The notes under the pieces: model-generated
What the model saw: only the letters and a program-made list of their open reading frames with translations
The model's database searches: none
Told to the model about the DNA's origin: nothing
Origin: an uncultured Candidatus Bathyarchaeia archaeon
GTDB taxonomy: Archaea; Thermoproteota; CALKCG01; B24; JAWCPE01
Assembly (NCBI GenBank): GCA_964396445.1
Contig: CAYNFI010000007.1
Span: 1-59,127, forward strand
Direction of reading: 5' to 3'
Length of the DNA: 59,127 bases
Shown here: piece by piece, positions 20,447-30,545 of the stretch
Numbering within the stretch: position 1 is the first letter of the stretch
How the letters are laid out: every line of letters starts with the position of its first letter
Made by a program: the position numbers and the translations under genes

Positions 20447-21295
20447 TTGCAAGGCTTTATAAAACCAGCTAAATTTCGGAGTGTTAAAGCTTTGCCTATT
20501 CAGAGGGGTGACTTCATCCTCCTCGACTACGCCGCGAGGGTTAAGGAAACAGGAGATATCTTTGACACAACCTTAGAGGAAGAGGCGAGGAAGCAGGGAC
20601 TCTACCGCAGCGGCACACTTTACGAACCTATACTCGTCGTCGTCGGCGAAGGCTGGGTACTGAAGGGACTCGATGAAGCTCTTGTTGGCGTAGAGGAGGG
20701 GAAGCCTAGTAGCATCGAGGTTCCACCGGAGAAGGGGTTAGGTCCGAGGGACCCAGCTAAGATCAAGCTTATCCCACTGAGGAAGTTCATGGCTAGAGAT
20801 GTCCAGCCTAGAACAGGTATGCAGGTTGAAGTCGATGGTAGAACAGGTGTTGTAAGGTCTGTAGGAGCTGGGCGCGTGCAAGTTGATTTCAACCCCATAC
20901 TCGCTGGTAAAACTATAGTATACGAGGTTACAGTTAGGAAGGCACTCAAGGTTAGAGAGGAGAGGATGAAGGCACTCATCCACAGACGTATCCCATCAGT
21001 GGCAACCGAGAAGCTTACGGTGGGGATGAGGGGGGGAGAGGCACGGATCACAGTCCCGGAAGAAGCATTCCTCACAGATGGGTTACAGATAATAAAACGC
21101 GGTTTAGCCGTGGATTTTGAAAAGTTCTTCCCTGAAGTAAATAAAACAACCTTCATTGAGACATTTACGAGGAAGGTCGAGGTTAAGCCTGAGCCTAAGC
21201 CAGAGCCTGAGCCTTTGAAAGCTGAGAGAACTGAGAAGCCTGAAGCTGAGGCTTCTAAGCCAGCGGTAGTCAAAGCGAAAACTGTGGCTGAATAA
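20447..21295 (+). CDS. slyD: Long-type FKBP peptidyl-prolyl isomerase (SlyD-like) with charged Pro/Glu/Lys tail
   Basis: GDFILLDY, IFDTT, VQVDFNPILAGK; true start may be TTG at 20492. Confidence 0.88.
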   Translation: MQGFIKPAKFRSVKALPIQRGDFILLDYAARVKETGDIFDTTLEEEARKQGLYRSGTLYEPILVVVGEGWVLKGLDEALVGVEEGKPSSIEVPPEKGLGPRDPAKIKLIPLRKFMARDVQPRTGMQVEVDGRTGVVRSVGAGRVQVDFNPILAGKTIVYEVTVRKALKVREERMKALIHRRIPSVATEKLTVGMRGGEARITVPEEAFLTDGLQIIKRGLAVDFEKFFPEVNKTTFIETFTRKVEVKPEPKPEPEPLKAERTEKPEAEASKPAVVKAKTVAE

Positions 21296-21302
21296 CCTTT
21301 AC

Positions 21303-21767
21303 CTACATTAACTTTCTAAGCATCGAAACGGTTAATAGGGTTCGTCCTTCAGGGCATGACGTCCTTCCATTAACAGTGATTATCTTATACTTATCACCGG
21401 GAACCAGTCCTTCAGGGTTGCATACACTGAAATTCTCACAGCCTCTTCGACCACAGTTTTGAGGGTACACTGTAACTAAAGCACCCTCTATAGCCATCCC
21501 CACGTTAACAACTCCAGAAATCTCAGCCTCTTTAACTTCAACAACCCTCACCCCTCCCTCATGCAACTTGCAGGCAAAGGCTTTATCCCTAACCTTCATA
21601 ATCTTATAGACCCTACCCGCCTCGAGGTTTCCCATGCAGACATGGAAGAGCTTACATTTTTCACATACTTGGGCTGGACCGAGGTGGATAAACCGAAACC
21701 CCAGCTCTGCCTGCTTAACTCCACACAACGTCACCCTAACGACATTACCATGGATATCTTCAGCCAT
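21303..21767 (-). CDS. UPF0179 family Cys-rich protein
   Basis: CEKCKLFHVC...LEAGRVYKI...CKLHEGGVRVVEV and a second Cys cluster. Confidence 0.8.
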   Translation of the reverse strand: MAEDIHGNVVRVTLCGVKQAELGFRFIHLGPAQVCEKCKLFHVCMGNLEAGRVYKIMKVRDKAFACKLHEGGVRVVEVKEAEISGVVNVGMAIEGALVTVYPQNCGRRGCENFSVCNPEGLVPGDKYKIITVNGRTSCPEGRTLLTVSMLRKLM

Positions 21768-21787
21768 ACCCTCTAAACCCCTCTCGC

Positions 21788-22053
21788 CTAAACCCGTTTC
21801 AAAACCTTATTCGGGGTAAGGATGATATGAACCCTAGTATAAGTGATTCCCGTGGCACGATGTCAACAAATTGGCAGTCATGAACCGTCGGTATAACAGG
21901 GACATCACAATATCTCTTATGGAGTCCCAAAATTTCTTCATCCCCGTAACCTCCACCGTTCCCTAGGCGCTGGAATTCACAGTTAACAGCAACGCAGCCT
22001 GTAACGATCACATCAGGTCGAAAGCCATCGCATGCATTGGAGGTAACGTCACA
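21788..22053 (-). pseudogene. C-terminal remnant of a 5-formyltetrahydrofolate cyclo-ligase-like gene
   Basis: PDVIVTGCVAV...RLGNGGGYGDEE...PTVHDCQFVDIVPRE, then a frameshift into TRVHIILTPNKVLKRV*; N-terminal half absent. Confidence 0.7.
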
Positions 22054-23391
22054 CTACAGCCTCTTTACGAGTTTAGCGATGAATAGTCCGTTACTGTTGT
22101 TTATATGGGGGTAAAGCCGTTTACACATCGATAAACCTCTAAGGGCTGGAAGGCCTATTCTGGAATCCAACTTGACAGGTTCAAAAGTAGGATGGTGTTT
22201 AAGGAACTTCTCCACAAGCATTTCGTTTTCCTCCACTGTTATGCTACTGGTGGAGTAGATTAGGAACCCTCCCTCCTTCACGTAATTCGCGCATGTTTCA
22301 ATGATCTTCCACTGAACCCTAGTAAACCTTTGAACATCGTCGTAGCTTAAACTCCACTTTAAGTGAGGGTTTCTCGCAAAGGTACCTGTCCCTGTGCATG
22401 GTGGGTCGATGAAAACAACATCTGCATCCAAGCCTATAGGCAGCAGTCTTTGAGCATCAGCTATGATGAGTTCACCGTTTGAAACACCCATCCTTTCTAT
22501 CTCAATCTTCCATAGCCTCCCCCGTCGCCTAGAGCTGTCTACAGAGCAGATTAACCCTTTATTTGCCATGAGTTGAGCCATGTGGCTCGTTTTCACCCCA
22601 GGCGCCGCACATACATCTAAAACCTTCAAACCTTCCCTAAACCCTGCGACTTCAACTGCATAGCAACTTGAAAAATCTTCGAGGCTCAATAGCCCTCTTC
22701 TATAGGCCTCGGTTCTTACAATGGGGACCTTTGTTTCCGTAACCGCGTAGACGTGAGCCAGCCCTGGGACTTTTCTAAGTTTAAGTCCCTCCCTACCCAC
22801 CTGCTCAAGGAGAAAACCCTCCTCATCCCTTAATGTGTTAAGCCTTAAGTATGTTGGCAATGTCATCATACTGCTTTTTAAAAAACCTAATGCTTGAACC
22901 CTTCCAAGGAGCCTAAAACAGTACTTTACGAACCATTCAGTGTTGTAAGTCGTTAGGCTTAGCTTCTTGAACTCAGGGAGGTTTTGGATAGGCTTTGACG
23001 CGTTTAAATTAAGAATTCTTCCCAAGTCTTCTTCAACTGGCATCATAGCCTTCCAGCCTAGGATTTCCCTTGCTGCTTTAACGTAGGTTAAGGGTACAGT
23101 GATCCTTCGAGGACTAAGTCTTGTCTCATAGATGTAGACTCTTAAGAAAGCCTTGACACCCAAGGGGGTTTGGTTAAGCCTCTCCTCATCAACAACCGTC
23201 TTCAGGAAGTGGTCGATGAGGTTTAGCCTCTTTAAGGTCTCAAAGACCATTCTATTCGCTGCCCGCGTAGCCTCAACATCAGTAACACCAAGCTGTTTCA
23301 CAGTTCTATGTAGCGCAGCCTTAGGGCTCAGGTTTTCAAGCTCAACCCAGCTCAAGGTCTCAATGGCAACAGCCAAGGCTTCGCTTAGCAT
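22054..23391 (-). CDS. RsmB/NOP2 family RNA m5C methyltransferase with NusB-like N-terminal domain
   Basis: VLDVCAAPGVKT, FIDPPCTGTG, YSTSSITVEENE. Confidence 0.88.
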   Translation of the reverse strand: MLSEALAVAIETLSWVELENLSPKAALHRTVKQLGVTDVEATRAANRMVFETLKRLNLIDHFLKTVVDEERLNQTPLGVKAFLRVYIYETRLSPRRITVPLTYVKAAREILGWKAMMPVEEDLGRILNLNASKPIQNLPEFKKLSLTTYNTEWFVKYCFRLLGRVQALGFLKSSMMTLPTYLRLNTLRDEEGFLLEQVGREGLKLRKVPGLAHVYAVTETKVPIVRTEAYRRGLLSLEDFSSCYAVEVAGFREGLKVLDVCAAPGVKTSHMAQLMANKGLICSVDSSRRRGRLWKIEIERMGVSNGELIIADAQRLLPIGLDADVVFIDPPCTGTGTFARNPHLKWSLSYDDVQRFTRVQWKIIETCANYVKEGGFLIYSTSSITVEENEMLVEKFLKHHPTFEPVKLDSRIGLPALRGLSMCKRLYPHINNSNGLFIAKLVKRL

Positions 23392-23793
23392 TGACCTCCA
23401 CTCAAACTATTAATTTCCTAATACAGCTTCCCTAACCATTGCATAAGATCCTCATGAAGAGACAAAGGGGGGAAGTCTAGATGATGGCTTTTACACAGTG
23501 ACATACTAGGCTTCGACTCCACTATTTTATCCGATACCAACCCTCCTAAAGACCTAACCACAACTTCCCCTATGCATGTCGCCGCTCCACTGTTATAGAC
23601 AGTGTACTCAAATTATGCATCATTATCTTCCCAGTATAACCGTTAATAGGAATTCTCAGGAGTTCATCGCTGTCCCCAGTAAGCACTGAATTTATCCTAG
23701 GTTTACTTGAAGATAGTGACGATGAGCATAAGGAGACTAACAACCTATATACCTGTCACAGTGAGATCTTTTAAGACTGATTAAAAGCTTACG

Positions 23794-26445
23794 TTGATGG
23801 TGGGAATGCCTGCTAGAACTCTTGAAGACTTCATATACGCGAAGAAGGAGCTTAAAGACGTTATGAAAGAAGCTCCCACAGTTGAAACTACTAAACACGA
23901 GGAAACTAAGGTGGAGAACACTGTAACTAAACCTGAGGTCCAGACCCCAATGAAGCTGGGGAAGTCATACGTGGTTTCAGCCTCCTACGAGGGGGGGAAG
24001 CGTAAGGCATATCTTAAGCTTTACAACGAGGATGAAGAGAAGATTTACCTATGGTATGATAATACAGGACATCAGCCGTATTGTCTCTCAGACTTAACTC
24101 CAGAGGAGCTGAGTACACTTGAGGCCCTTATGAAGCATCCAAGCTTCGACCACTTCGAAACCGTGGTGAAGTTTGACCCGCTGGAGGATAAGGAGAAGAC
24201 TCTAACAAAGGTTGTAGCTAAAGACCCTTTAGCGATAGGTGGCAGGCCTTCAGGATGTATAAGGGATATCCTACCAAAAGCTTGGGAAGCCGATATAAAG
24301 TACTACGAGAACTTCATCTTCGACAGGGATATTAAGGTGGGAATGCCCTACGACATCGAGGATGGAAGCCTCGTTGAGGCGAAATACACACCACCAGCCG
24401 AGGTTTTAAAGTCCATTACCAAGCTCTTCGAGAGGGAGCCTAGAGAGCTGCAGGAGCATATTCAGCGATGGGTTAACCTCCTCGAATGCCCTACACCAAG
24501 TTTCAGGAGGGTAGCTCTCGACATCGAGGTAGCTTCCGATGTTGCTACAAGGGTTCCAAACCCAGAGGAAGCCAACGACCCTGTCATCGCCGTTGCTTTA
24601 GTCGGCTCAGATGGGTGGAGGAGGATATTGATACTGAGGAGGAGGGGAGTTGAAGAAGGTACGGCAACGGTGGATGAAGAGCTTGTATACCACGACCGAG
24701 AAACAGACCTACTGTTGAGTGTTTTCAAAACCCTCCTCGATTATCCCTTCGTTATCACTTTCAACGGAGACGACTTCGACTTACGCTACCTTTTCCACAG
24801 AGCTGAGAATCTAGGTTTTTCGAGGGAACAGATACCTATAGAGCTGGGAAGGGATTTTGCACTTGTCAAGAATGGTGTACACATAGACCTTTACAAATTC
24901 TTCTTTAATCGTTCCATACAGGTCTATGCCTTCAGCCAAAAATACAGGGAAACAACTCTTACGGATATAGGTGAATCCCTCCTAGGCATAGGGAAGGTCG
25001 AGCTTGGGAAACCGGTGACGGAGCTCTCTTACACAAACCTCGCTGATTACTGCCTACGGGATGCTGATTTAACGTATAGGCTGACATCATTGGAAAACGA
25101 CCTTGTCATGAAGCTTATTCTCGTCTTAGCTAGGATCAGCCGTATGCCTATGGAGGACCTTTCAAGACAGGGAGTTTCAGGGTGGATCAGAAACCTCCTC
25201 CGCTACGAGCATAGACGTAGAAACTGGCTTATCCCACGTTCAGAGGATGTGCTTTCCGCGAAGGGTATAGCCACAACTAGGGCCATCATAGAGGGGAAGA
25301 AGTACCGGGGAGCGGAGGTAATTGAGCCCAAAGCAGGGGTATACTTCAACATCTCCGTCCTAGACTTCCAATCCATGTACCCATCCATCATCAAGCAGTA
25401 CAACCTCAGCTTTGAAACCGTGCGCTGCCCTCACCCTGAATGTATGGAGAATAAGGTTCCAGATACCACCCACTGGGTATGTAAGAAGCGGAGGGGAATT
25501 TCAAGTCTTGTGATAGGTTCCTTAAAAGACCTAAGGGTGAAATGGTATAAGCCTAAATCAAGGGATAAGACGCTTCCTAAACCTGTAACCGACTGGTATA
25601 ACACGATATCCAACAGCCTTAAGGTTTTACTCAACGCCGCGTATGGTGTTTTCGGTTCAGAAGCCTTCTTCCTCTACTGCCCACCCGTCGCTGAAGCTAC
25701 GGCTTCAATTGGTAGATATGCTATCATGGAGACCGTGAAAAAAGCTCAAGCTCTAGGGGTTGACGTTGTCTACGGAGACACAGACTCAATATTCCTCGAA
25801 GCCCCGACTTCTCAGCAGATAAGAGACTTAATGGAATGGTCTGAAGTCAGCCTCGGAATGGAGCTCGACATCGATAAAGTATACCGATACGCGGTTTTCA
25901 GCTTGAGGAAAAAGAACTACATGGGTGTTTTCCCCGATGGAAGCGTTGACATAAAGGGTTTAACTGGGAAGAAGAGGAACACCCCAGAATTCTTGAAGAA
26001 AGCTTTCTTCGATATGATCGCCATCCTCAGCGAGGTTCAATCCATCGAGGGCTTCGAGGAAGCTAAAAAGAAAATCAATGACCTTGTTAAAACCTGCTAT
26101 TCAAAGCTTAAGAAACGCGAGTATTCCCTCCAAGACCTCGCCTTCAACATCATGATCAGCCGTTCCCCAGAAGGTTATGTAAAGACCACCCCACAACACG
26201 TTAAAGCAGCGCAGCAACTGGCAAAGACAGGAAGGCGGGTAACGGCGGGGGACATCATATCCTTCGTAAAGGTTTCAGGCACCCCCGGCGTAAAGCCCAT
26301 CCAACTCGCAAGCCTCGACGAAGTTGATGTTGATAAATACGTGGAGTACGTGCAAAACACATTTCAACAAGTCCTCGACGCCTTGGACATAGACATACAC
26401 AGCATCTTCGGGACGACACGCCTAGACCTCTTCATACCAAGCTGA
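23794..26445 (+). CDS. polB1: Family B DNA polymerase, PolB1 group
   Basis: Exo motifs ALDIEV and FNGDDFD; pol motifs DFQSMYPS, KVLLNAAYG, YGDTDS; KGLTGKKRNTP typical of TACK PolB1; no intein. Confidence 0.92.
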   Translation: MMVGMPARTLEDFIYAKKELKDVMKEAPTVETTKHEETKVENTVTKPEVQTPMKLGKSYVVSASYEGGKRKAYLKLYNEDEEKIYLWYDNTGHQPYCLSDLTPEELSTLEALMKHPSFDHFETVVKFDPLEDKEKTLTKVVAKDPLAIGGRPSGCIRDILPKAWEADIKYYENFIFDRDIKVGMPYDIEDGSLVEAKYTPPAEVLKSITKLFEREPRELQEHIQRWVNLLECPTPSFRRVALDIEVASDVATRVPNPEEANDPVIAVALVGSDGWRRILILRRRGVEEGTATVDEELVYHDRETDLLLSVFKTLLDYPFVITFNGDDFDLRYLFHRAENLGFSREQIPIELGRDFALVKNGVHIDLYKFFFNRSIQVYAFSQKYRETTLTDIGESLLGIGKVELGKPVTELSYTNLADYCLRDADLTYRLTSLENDLVMKLILVLARISRMPMEDLSRQGVSGWIRNLLRYEHRRRNWLIPRSEDVLSAKGIATTRAIIEGKKYRGAEVIEPKAGVYFNISVLDFQSMYPSIIKQYNLSFETVRCPHPECMENKVPDTTHWVCKKRRGISSLVIGSLKDLRVKWYKPKSRDKTLPKPVTDWYNTISNSLKVLLNAAYGVFGSEAFFLYCPPVAEATASIGRYAIMETVKKAQALGVDVVYGDTDSIFLEAPTSQQIRDLMEWSEVSLGMELDIDKVYRYAVFSLRKKNYMGVFPDGSVDIKGLTGKKRNTPEFLKKAFFDMIAILSEVQSIEGFEEAKKKINDLVKTCYSKLKKREYSLQDLAFNIMISRSPEGYVKTTPQHVKAAQQLAKTGRRVTAGDIISFVKVSGTPGVKPIQLASLDEVDVDKYVEYVQNTFQQVLDALDIDIHSIFGTTRLDLFIPS

Positions 26446-26524
26446 TCACTTAGTTTTAAAGGGTAACCGAAACTTTTTTCTCTTCTAAGAAACTTTACGC
26501 TTTCTCAAGCGAGGTTGTGAATGA

Positions 26525-28489
26525 ATGCGGGAACTTCGTTTCCGTCAAATCCATCTCGATTACCACACGTCGCCGTTGATAGAGGATGTAGGACAGGACT
26601 TCGACGCTGAGGAGTTCGCCCAAACCTTAAAAAACGCCTCAGTTAACTCGGTTACCTGTTTCGCTAAATGCCATCATGGTATGTCCTATTACCCAACTAA
26701 AGTTGGTGTGATGCATCCCCATTTAAAGATCGACCTTCTCGGGCAAATGGTGGAAACCTGCCATGGAATAGGCATAGGGACACCGGTCTACATCAGCGTA
26801 GGCGTTGACAACTACATGGGTGAAAGACATCCTGAATGGCTTCAATGCGACCAAAAGGGGTATTTAGCTAGGCCAGCACCTTATGAACCTGGCTGGTACT
26901 GGTTATGCCACAATTCACCATACGTGGATTATGTAGCCGCTCAAACAAAGGAAGTCCTCAGCAACTACGATGTTGACGGCGTCTTCTTCGACATCGTTAT
27001 ACAGAAAAGCCCAGGTTGCCTATGTCCCTCCTGCCGCAGTTCGATGACGAACTTAGGCATGGATATAGGCAGTGATGCAGATTTGCGAAAGCATACAACC
27101 AGGGTAATGGCTAACTTCCTTAAGCGTATGGAGAAGATTGTACACGACGTAAAGCCCGAGGCCTCACTCTTCTTTAACCCGAGAGTCTCCGTCTGCTTTA
27201 GGGCTGAACAAAAGTACTACACACATGTCGAGATCGAGTCGCTTCCAACCGCGTTCTGGGGATACCATCACTTCCCATACTACCTCAGATTCTGCCGCAC
27301 TTTAGGGATGGAAATCCTAGGGATGACGGCACGCTTCCATAAAAATTGGGCTGATTTTGGCGGGATTAAAACCCGCGCACAGCTGGAGTATGAGTGCGCT
27401 ACAATGTTAGCTGGAGGAGCTAAATGCTCTATAGGAGACCAGCTCCACCCGAGGGGTAAGCTAGACGAAGCGGTCTACGCGCTCATAGGGTCAGTTTACG
27501 GAGATGTGGCTTCTAAAGAACCTTGGTGCGTAGACGCTAAGCCTAAGGTACAGGTTGCCATCCTTGTGCTGGAAAGTCCCGAAGGAAGCCTAGAAATGAG
27601 TGAAGCGAGTGAGGGAGCTATGAAGATGCTTCTAGAGCTTAAACACCAGTTCAACATCATCGACCCTGAAGAAGATTTTCAGAAATACGAAGTGCTCATA
27701 CTCCCAGACACCGGACGTATAAGTGAAGAGACAGTTACGAAGCTTCAGGGATTCCTAGATGCGCGGGGAAAGCTGCTCTTAAGCTATGAGGCTACCTTAA
27801 ACCATGAGACCAAGGAATTTTCATGCCCTGGTATCGGTGTGAAATACGTGCAGCCCTCAACTTATAGCCCAGACTTCATTCATCTCGGGGAGACTTTATC
27901 CCATACGCTTCCAAACCTTGACTTTGTCATGTATGAACGAGGCGCCTACGTTAAGCCAATGGATGGTACAGAAACCCTCGCTGAGGTTTATAACCCCTAT
28001 TTTAACAGGACCTTCAAGGCGTTCACATCACATTTCCAAAGTCCTGTTGACAGGAAATCCCCGTATCCAGCGGTTACGCGGCGTGAAAACATTGTATATG
28101 TTTACAGCCCCATCTTCCAAGCTTATTATCAACACGGATACTATGTGTACAAATCCATCGTCGAGAACTGCCTTAAACTATTGCTACCCAGAAGATTCGT
28201 CAACTCAAATGCGCCACCCTCTTCGGAGGTATCCCTCATGGAGCAACCTGGAAGACTCATAGCCCACATCGTAAACTATCAGCCTCAACGTCGGGGGAAA
28301 CACGTTGAGTACATAGAGGAAGCCTACCCAACAAGGGATGTAAAGCTGCAGATTTTAACTGAAACCTGCCCAACAAGAGTTTATCTAGCACCCTCAAGAG
28401 AAAACCTGGAATTCCTCTTCAACAAACCCTACACATCATGTATCATACCTGAGGTTAAGGTTCATCAAATGGTTATCTTTGAAGTGTAA
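26525..28489 (+). CDS. Putative glycoside hydrolase (GHL6/alpha-L-fucosidase-like) with beta-galactosidase trimerisation-like domain
   Basis: RQIHLDYHT, FAKCHHGMSYYPT, DGVFFDI, GDQLHPRG. Confidence 0.75.
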   Translation: MRELRFRQIHLDYHTSPLIEDVGQDFDAEEFAQTLKNASVNSVTCFAKCHHGMSYYPTKVGVMHPHLKIDLLGQMVETCHGIGIGTPVYISVGVDNYMGERHPEWLQCDQKGYLARPAPYEPGWYWLCHNSPYVDYVAAQTKEVLSNYDVDGVFFDIVIQKSPGCLCPSCRSSMTNLGMDIGSDADLRKHTTRVMANFLKRMEKIVHDVKPEASLFFNPRVSVCFRAEQKYYTHVEIESLPTAFWGYHHFPYYLRFCRTLGMEILGMTARFHKNWADFGGIKTRAQLEYECATMLAGGAKCSIGDQLHPRGKLDEAVYALIGSVYGDVASKEPWCVDAKPKVQVAILVLESPEGSLEMSEASEGAMKMLLELKHQFNIIDPEEDFQKYEVLILPDTGRISEETVTKLQGFLDARGKLLLSYEATLNHETKEFSCPGIGVKYVQPSTYSPDFIHLGETLSHTLPNLDFVMYERGAYVKPMDGTETLAEVYNPYFNRTFKAFTSHFQSPVDRKSPYPAVTRRENIVYVYSPIFQAYYQHGYYVYKSIVENCLKLLLPRRFVNSNAPPSSEVSLMEQPGRLIAHIVNYQPQRRGKHVEYIEEAYPTRDVKLQILTETCPTRVYLAPSRENLEFLFNKPYTSCIIPEVKVHQMVIFEV

Positions 28490-28540
28490 TAGATATTTAG
28501 AAGTATGAGAAACGTATGTGAGGTTCGGGGTGATACGTGT

Positions 28541-29581
28541 ATGCCAAGGTTTTCAATTGAGCAGTTAACAGAGCTTGGTTTAAGCATCTTCAGAGCTGTG
28601 GGCGCTCCGGATAATGAAGCTCAGATCGTAACAGAACTGTTGGTTAAGGCGAATCTAACTGGGCACGATTCACACGGTGTCTTAAGGATACCGGAGTACG
28701 TTCGCGCGGTTAGGGAAGGCAGGATAAAACCTGGAGCTAAAGTCGAAGTCGCCGCTGAAACACCTTCAACGGCTTCGATCAACGGTAACTGGGGTTTCGG
28801 TCAGGTTGTCGCCACAAGGTCTATGGAAGTCGCCTTGGATAAGGCTACTAACACTGGGATTGGTGCCGTTGGTGTCTTAAACTGCAACCATGTTGGTAGG
28901 CTGGCCGATTACACAATGATGGCTTTAGCCCACGACATGATCGGGATCATGGTGACGAACAGCTTCCCACTAGTCGCACCCTTCGGTGGAATCGATCGCA
29001 TGCTTAACCCTAGCCCCATAAGCGTAGCCATCCCCACTGGGACTGCGAAACCCTTCGTCCTCGATATATCGACAGGCGCTGTAGCTGAGGGTAAGGTTAG
29101 GGTGAAGATGCGTAGAGGCGAGAAGGTTCCCCTAGGCTGGATAATCGACAAGGACGGTAAACCGACGGATGACCCAGCAGACTTTTACCGAGGAGGAGCC
29201 ATCCTACCCCTTGGTGGAAACCTCGGCTACAAAGGTTTCGGCTTAGGGCTCTTCATAGACCTCATGAGCGGCGCTCTCACAGGAGTCGGATGTGCCTCGA
29301 GTAAGGAATTTAAGGGCGGCAACGGCGTCTTCGCGATTGTCGTAAACATCGCTTGCTTCACACCTGTAGAAAGGTTCAAGGAGAGAGTTGACAACGCTAT
29401 CCAAGCCATTAAATTATCTAAGAAAGCACCAGGGTTCACGGAGATCCTTATACCAGGTGAACCTGAGTTGGCGGAGGAGGAAAGGAGGCTGAGAGAAGGC
29501 ATCTTCATCGAGGATGAGACTTGGCGGCAAATATCTGCCACGGCAAGAGAACTCGGAGTGGCCACAACACTTGACGGTTAG
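28541..29581 (+). CDS. Ldh_2 family NAD(P)-dependent oxidoreductase (malate/L-sulfolactate dehydrogenase-like)
   Basis: GHDSHGVLR, NCNHVGRL, LDISTG, GYKGFGL; ATG 28541 with GGGGTGA SD. Confidence 0.88.
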   Translation: MPRFSIEQLTELGLSIFRAVGAPDNEAQIVTELLVKANLTGHDSHGVLRIPEYVRAVREGRIKPGAKVEVAAETPSTASINGNWGFGQVVATRSMEVALDKATNTGIGAVGVLNCNHVGRLADYTMMALAHDMIGIMVTNSFPLVAPFGGIDRMLNPSPISVAIPTGTAKPFVLDISTGAVAEGKVRVKMRRGEKVPLGWIIDKDGKPTDDPADFYRGGAILPLGGNLGYKGFGLGLFIDLMSGALTGVGCASSKEFKGGNGVFAIVVNIACFTPVERFKERVDNAIQAIKLSKKAPGFTEILIPGEPELAEEERRLREGIFIEDETWRQISATARELGVATTLDG

Positions 29582-29734
29582 ATGAACCCTGTTTTCTCCT
29601 ACAGCTTCTACATCCCTAAACAGGTTGAACCCTTTGCTAAAGTGCTTTCGAAAGAGCGTTAACGCGAGAAAGCATGGAAAACCTTATATACCGTAACCAT
29701 GCAATCCATGTCCAAGGAAATGGAGGAATTCTGC

Positions 29735-29887
29735 ATGGCTAAGTGTCCGAAAGATGGGACCGAAGTGGCTAAGCCCACAAAGGAGTGGAATGTAGCGCCG
29801 AAGAGCAAGAAGGGTCCGAAACTTCACGTTAAGATGTGGAAATGTCCTAAATGTGGGCATACGTGGAGAGAGGCCGCAAAAGTCTAG
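29735..29887 (+). CDS. Cren7-like small basic chromatin protein with Zn-ribbon knuckles
   Basis: 50 aa, Lys-rich; PTKEWNVAPKSKKG resembles Cren7 PxKxWxLAPKGRKG; CPKD and CPKC knuckles; GGAGG SD at 29722-29726. Confidence 0.65.
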   Translation: MAKCPKDGTEVAKPTKEWNVAPKSKKGPKLHVKMWKCPKCGHTWREAAKV

Positions 29888-29981
29888 ACGCTCCAAAAAA
29901 ACGCTACACCCCCCCTTCTTTTTTCCTTCCAACATCTGTACTCCGATGTTTTACTGTACTAGTTTCTACCTTATCGAAGCC

Positions 29982-30503
29982 CTAAACGCATAGAGCTGCG
30001 AGGGAGAAAGTATCAGTTCTTCCTAAAACAGATAGCCCGGCATATCTACCGAGGATATCAACCCTGAGTTCCCTATCATAATTTTCAAGGTCAACCTTTC
30101 GGTTGATGAGGGCAGCAAGTTCCCTGATTATCTCGCTTTTATGGAAAAGCGTATACCGCCTCTTTTCAACAGTCATCCTCCATGTTTCACTTTCATCTAT
30201 CCTGCCACGGAGCTGCTTCACAGCCATCTTCATGGACTCCATGTCTGAGAAAGACCATAGCTCAACGGGAACCCATTTAAGGCAGAAGGTGAAGATTTCA
30301 GGTTTTTCTCTGAATAGGCTTCTAAGTCCGTGAACAACATTGAATGGGTTTAGGCTTGTCTTCACCCCTATTATGCCTCTGGCTAAGGTTCTCTCAACCC
30401 TAGGCTTGGAGTCGCCTAACGATTTAAGCAGGGTTAAAACCTCAGATCTCGCCCCCGAGTACTGGTCTTCGCCATAAGAAACGAGAAGGTTGTAATCGTA
30501 CAT
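29982..30503 (-). CDS. THUMP-domain RNA-binding protein
   Basis: TWRMTVEKRR...KVDLENYDRELRVDILG THUMP-like core. Confidence 0.75.
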   Translation of the reverse strand: MYDYNLLVSYGEDQYSGARSEVLTLLKSLGDSKPRVERTLARGIIGVKTSLNPFNVVHGLRSLFREKPEIFTFCLKWVPVELWSFSDMESMKMAVKQLRGRIDESETWRMTVEKRRYTLFHKSEIIRELAALINRKVDLENYDRELRVDILGRYAGLSVLGRTDTFSLAALCV

Positions 30504-30545
30504 ATTCTGTATGAGCCTACCAGAGTAGGGTCTATGTGAACACTC

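Noticed and set aside
21180-21295. GAGCCT-type short repeats at the end of slyD
   Set aside because: Explained by the low-complexity KPEPKPEPEP tail.
23400-23790. Short open frames in the 400-bp gap before polB1
   Set aside because: Fragments in different frames without a credible start or a recognisable family.
23794-26445. Inteins in PolB1, RadA or Cdc6
   Set aside because: Motif spacing and lengths are normal; no C/S...HN-C/S/T intein boundaries seen.
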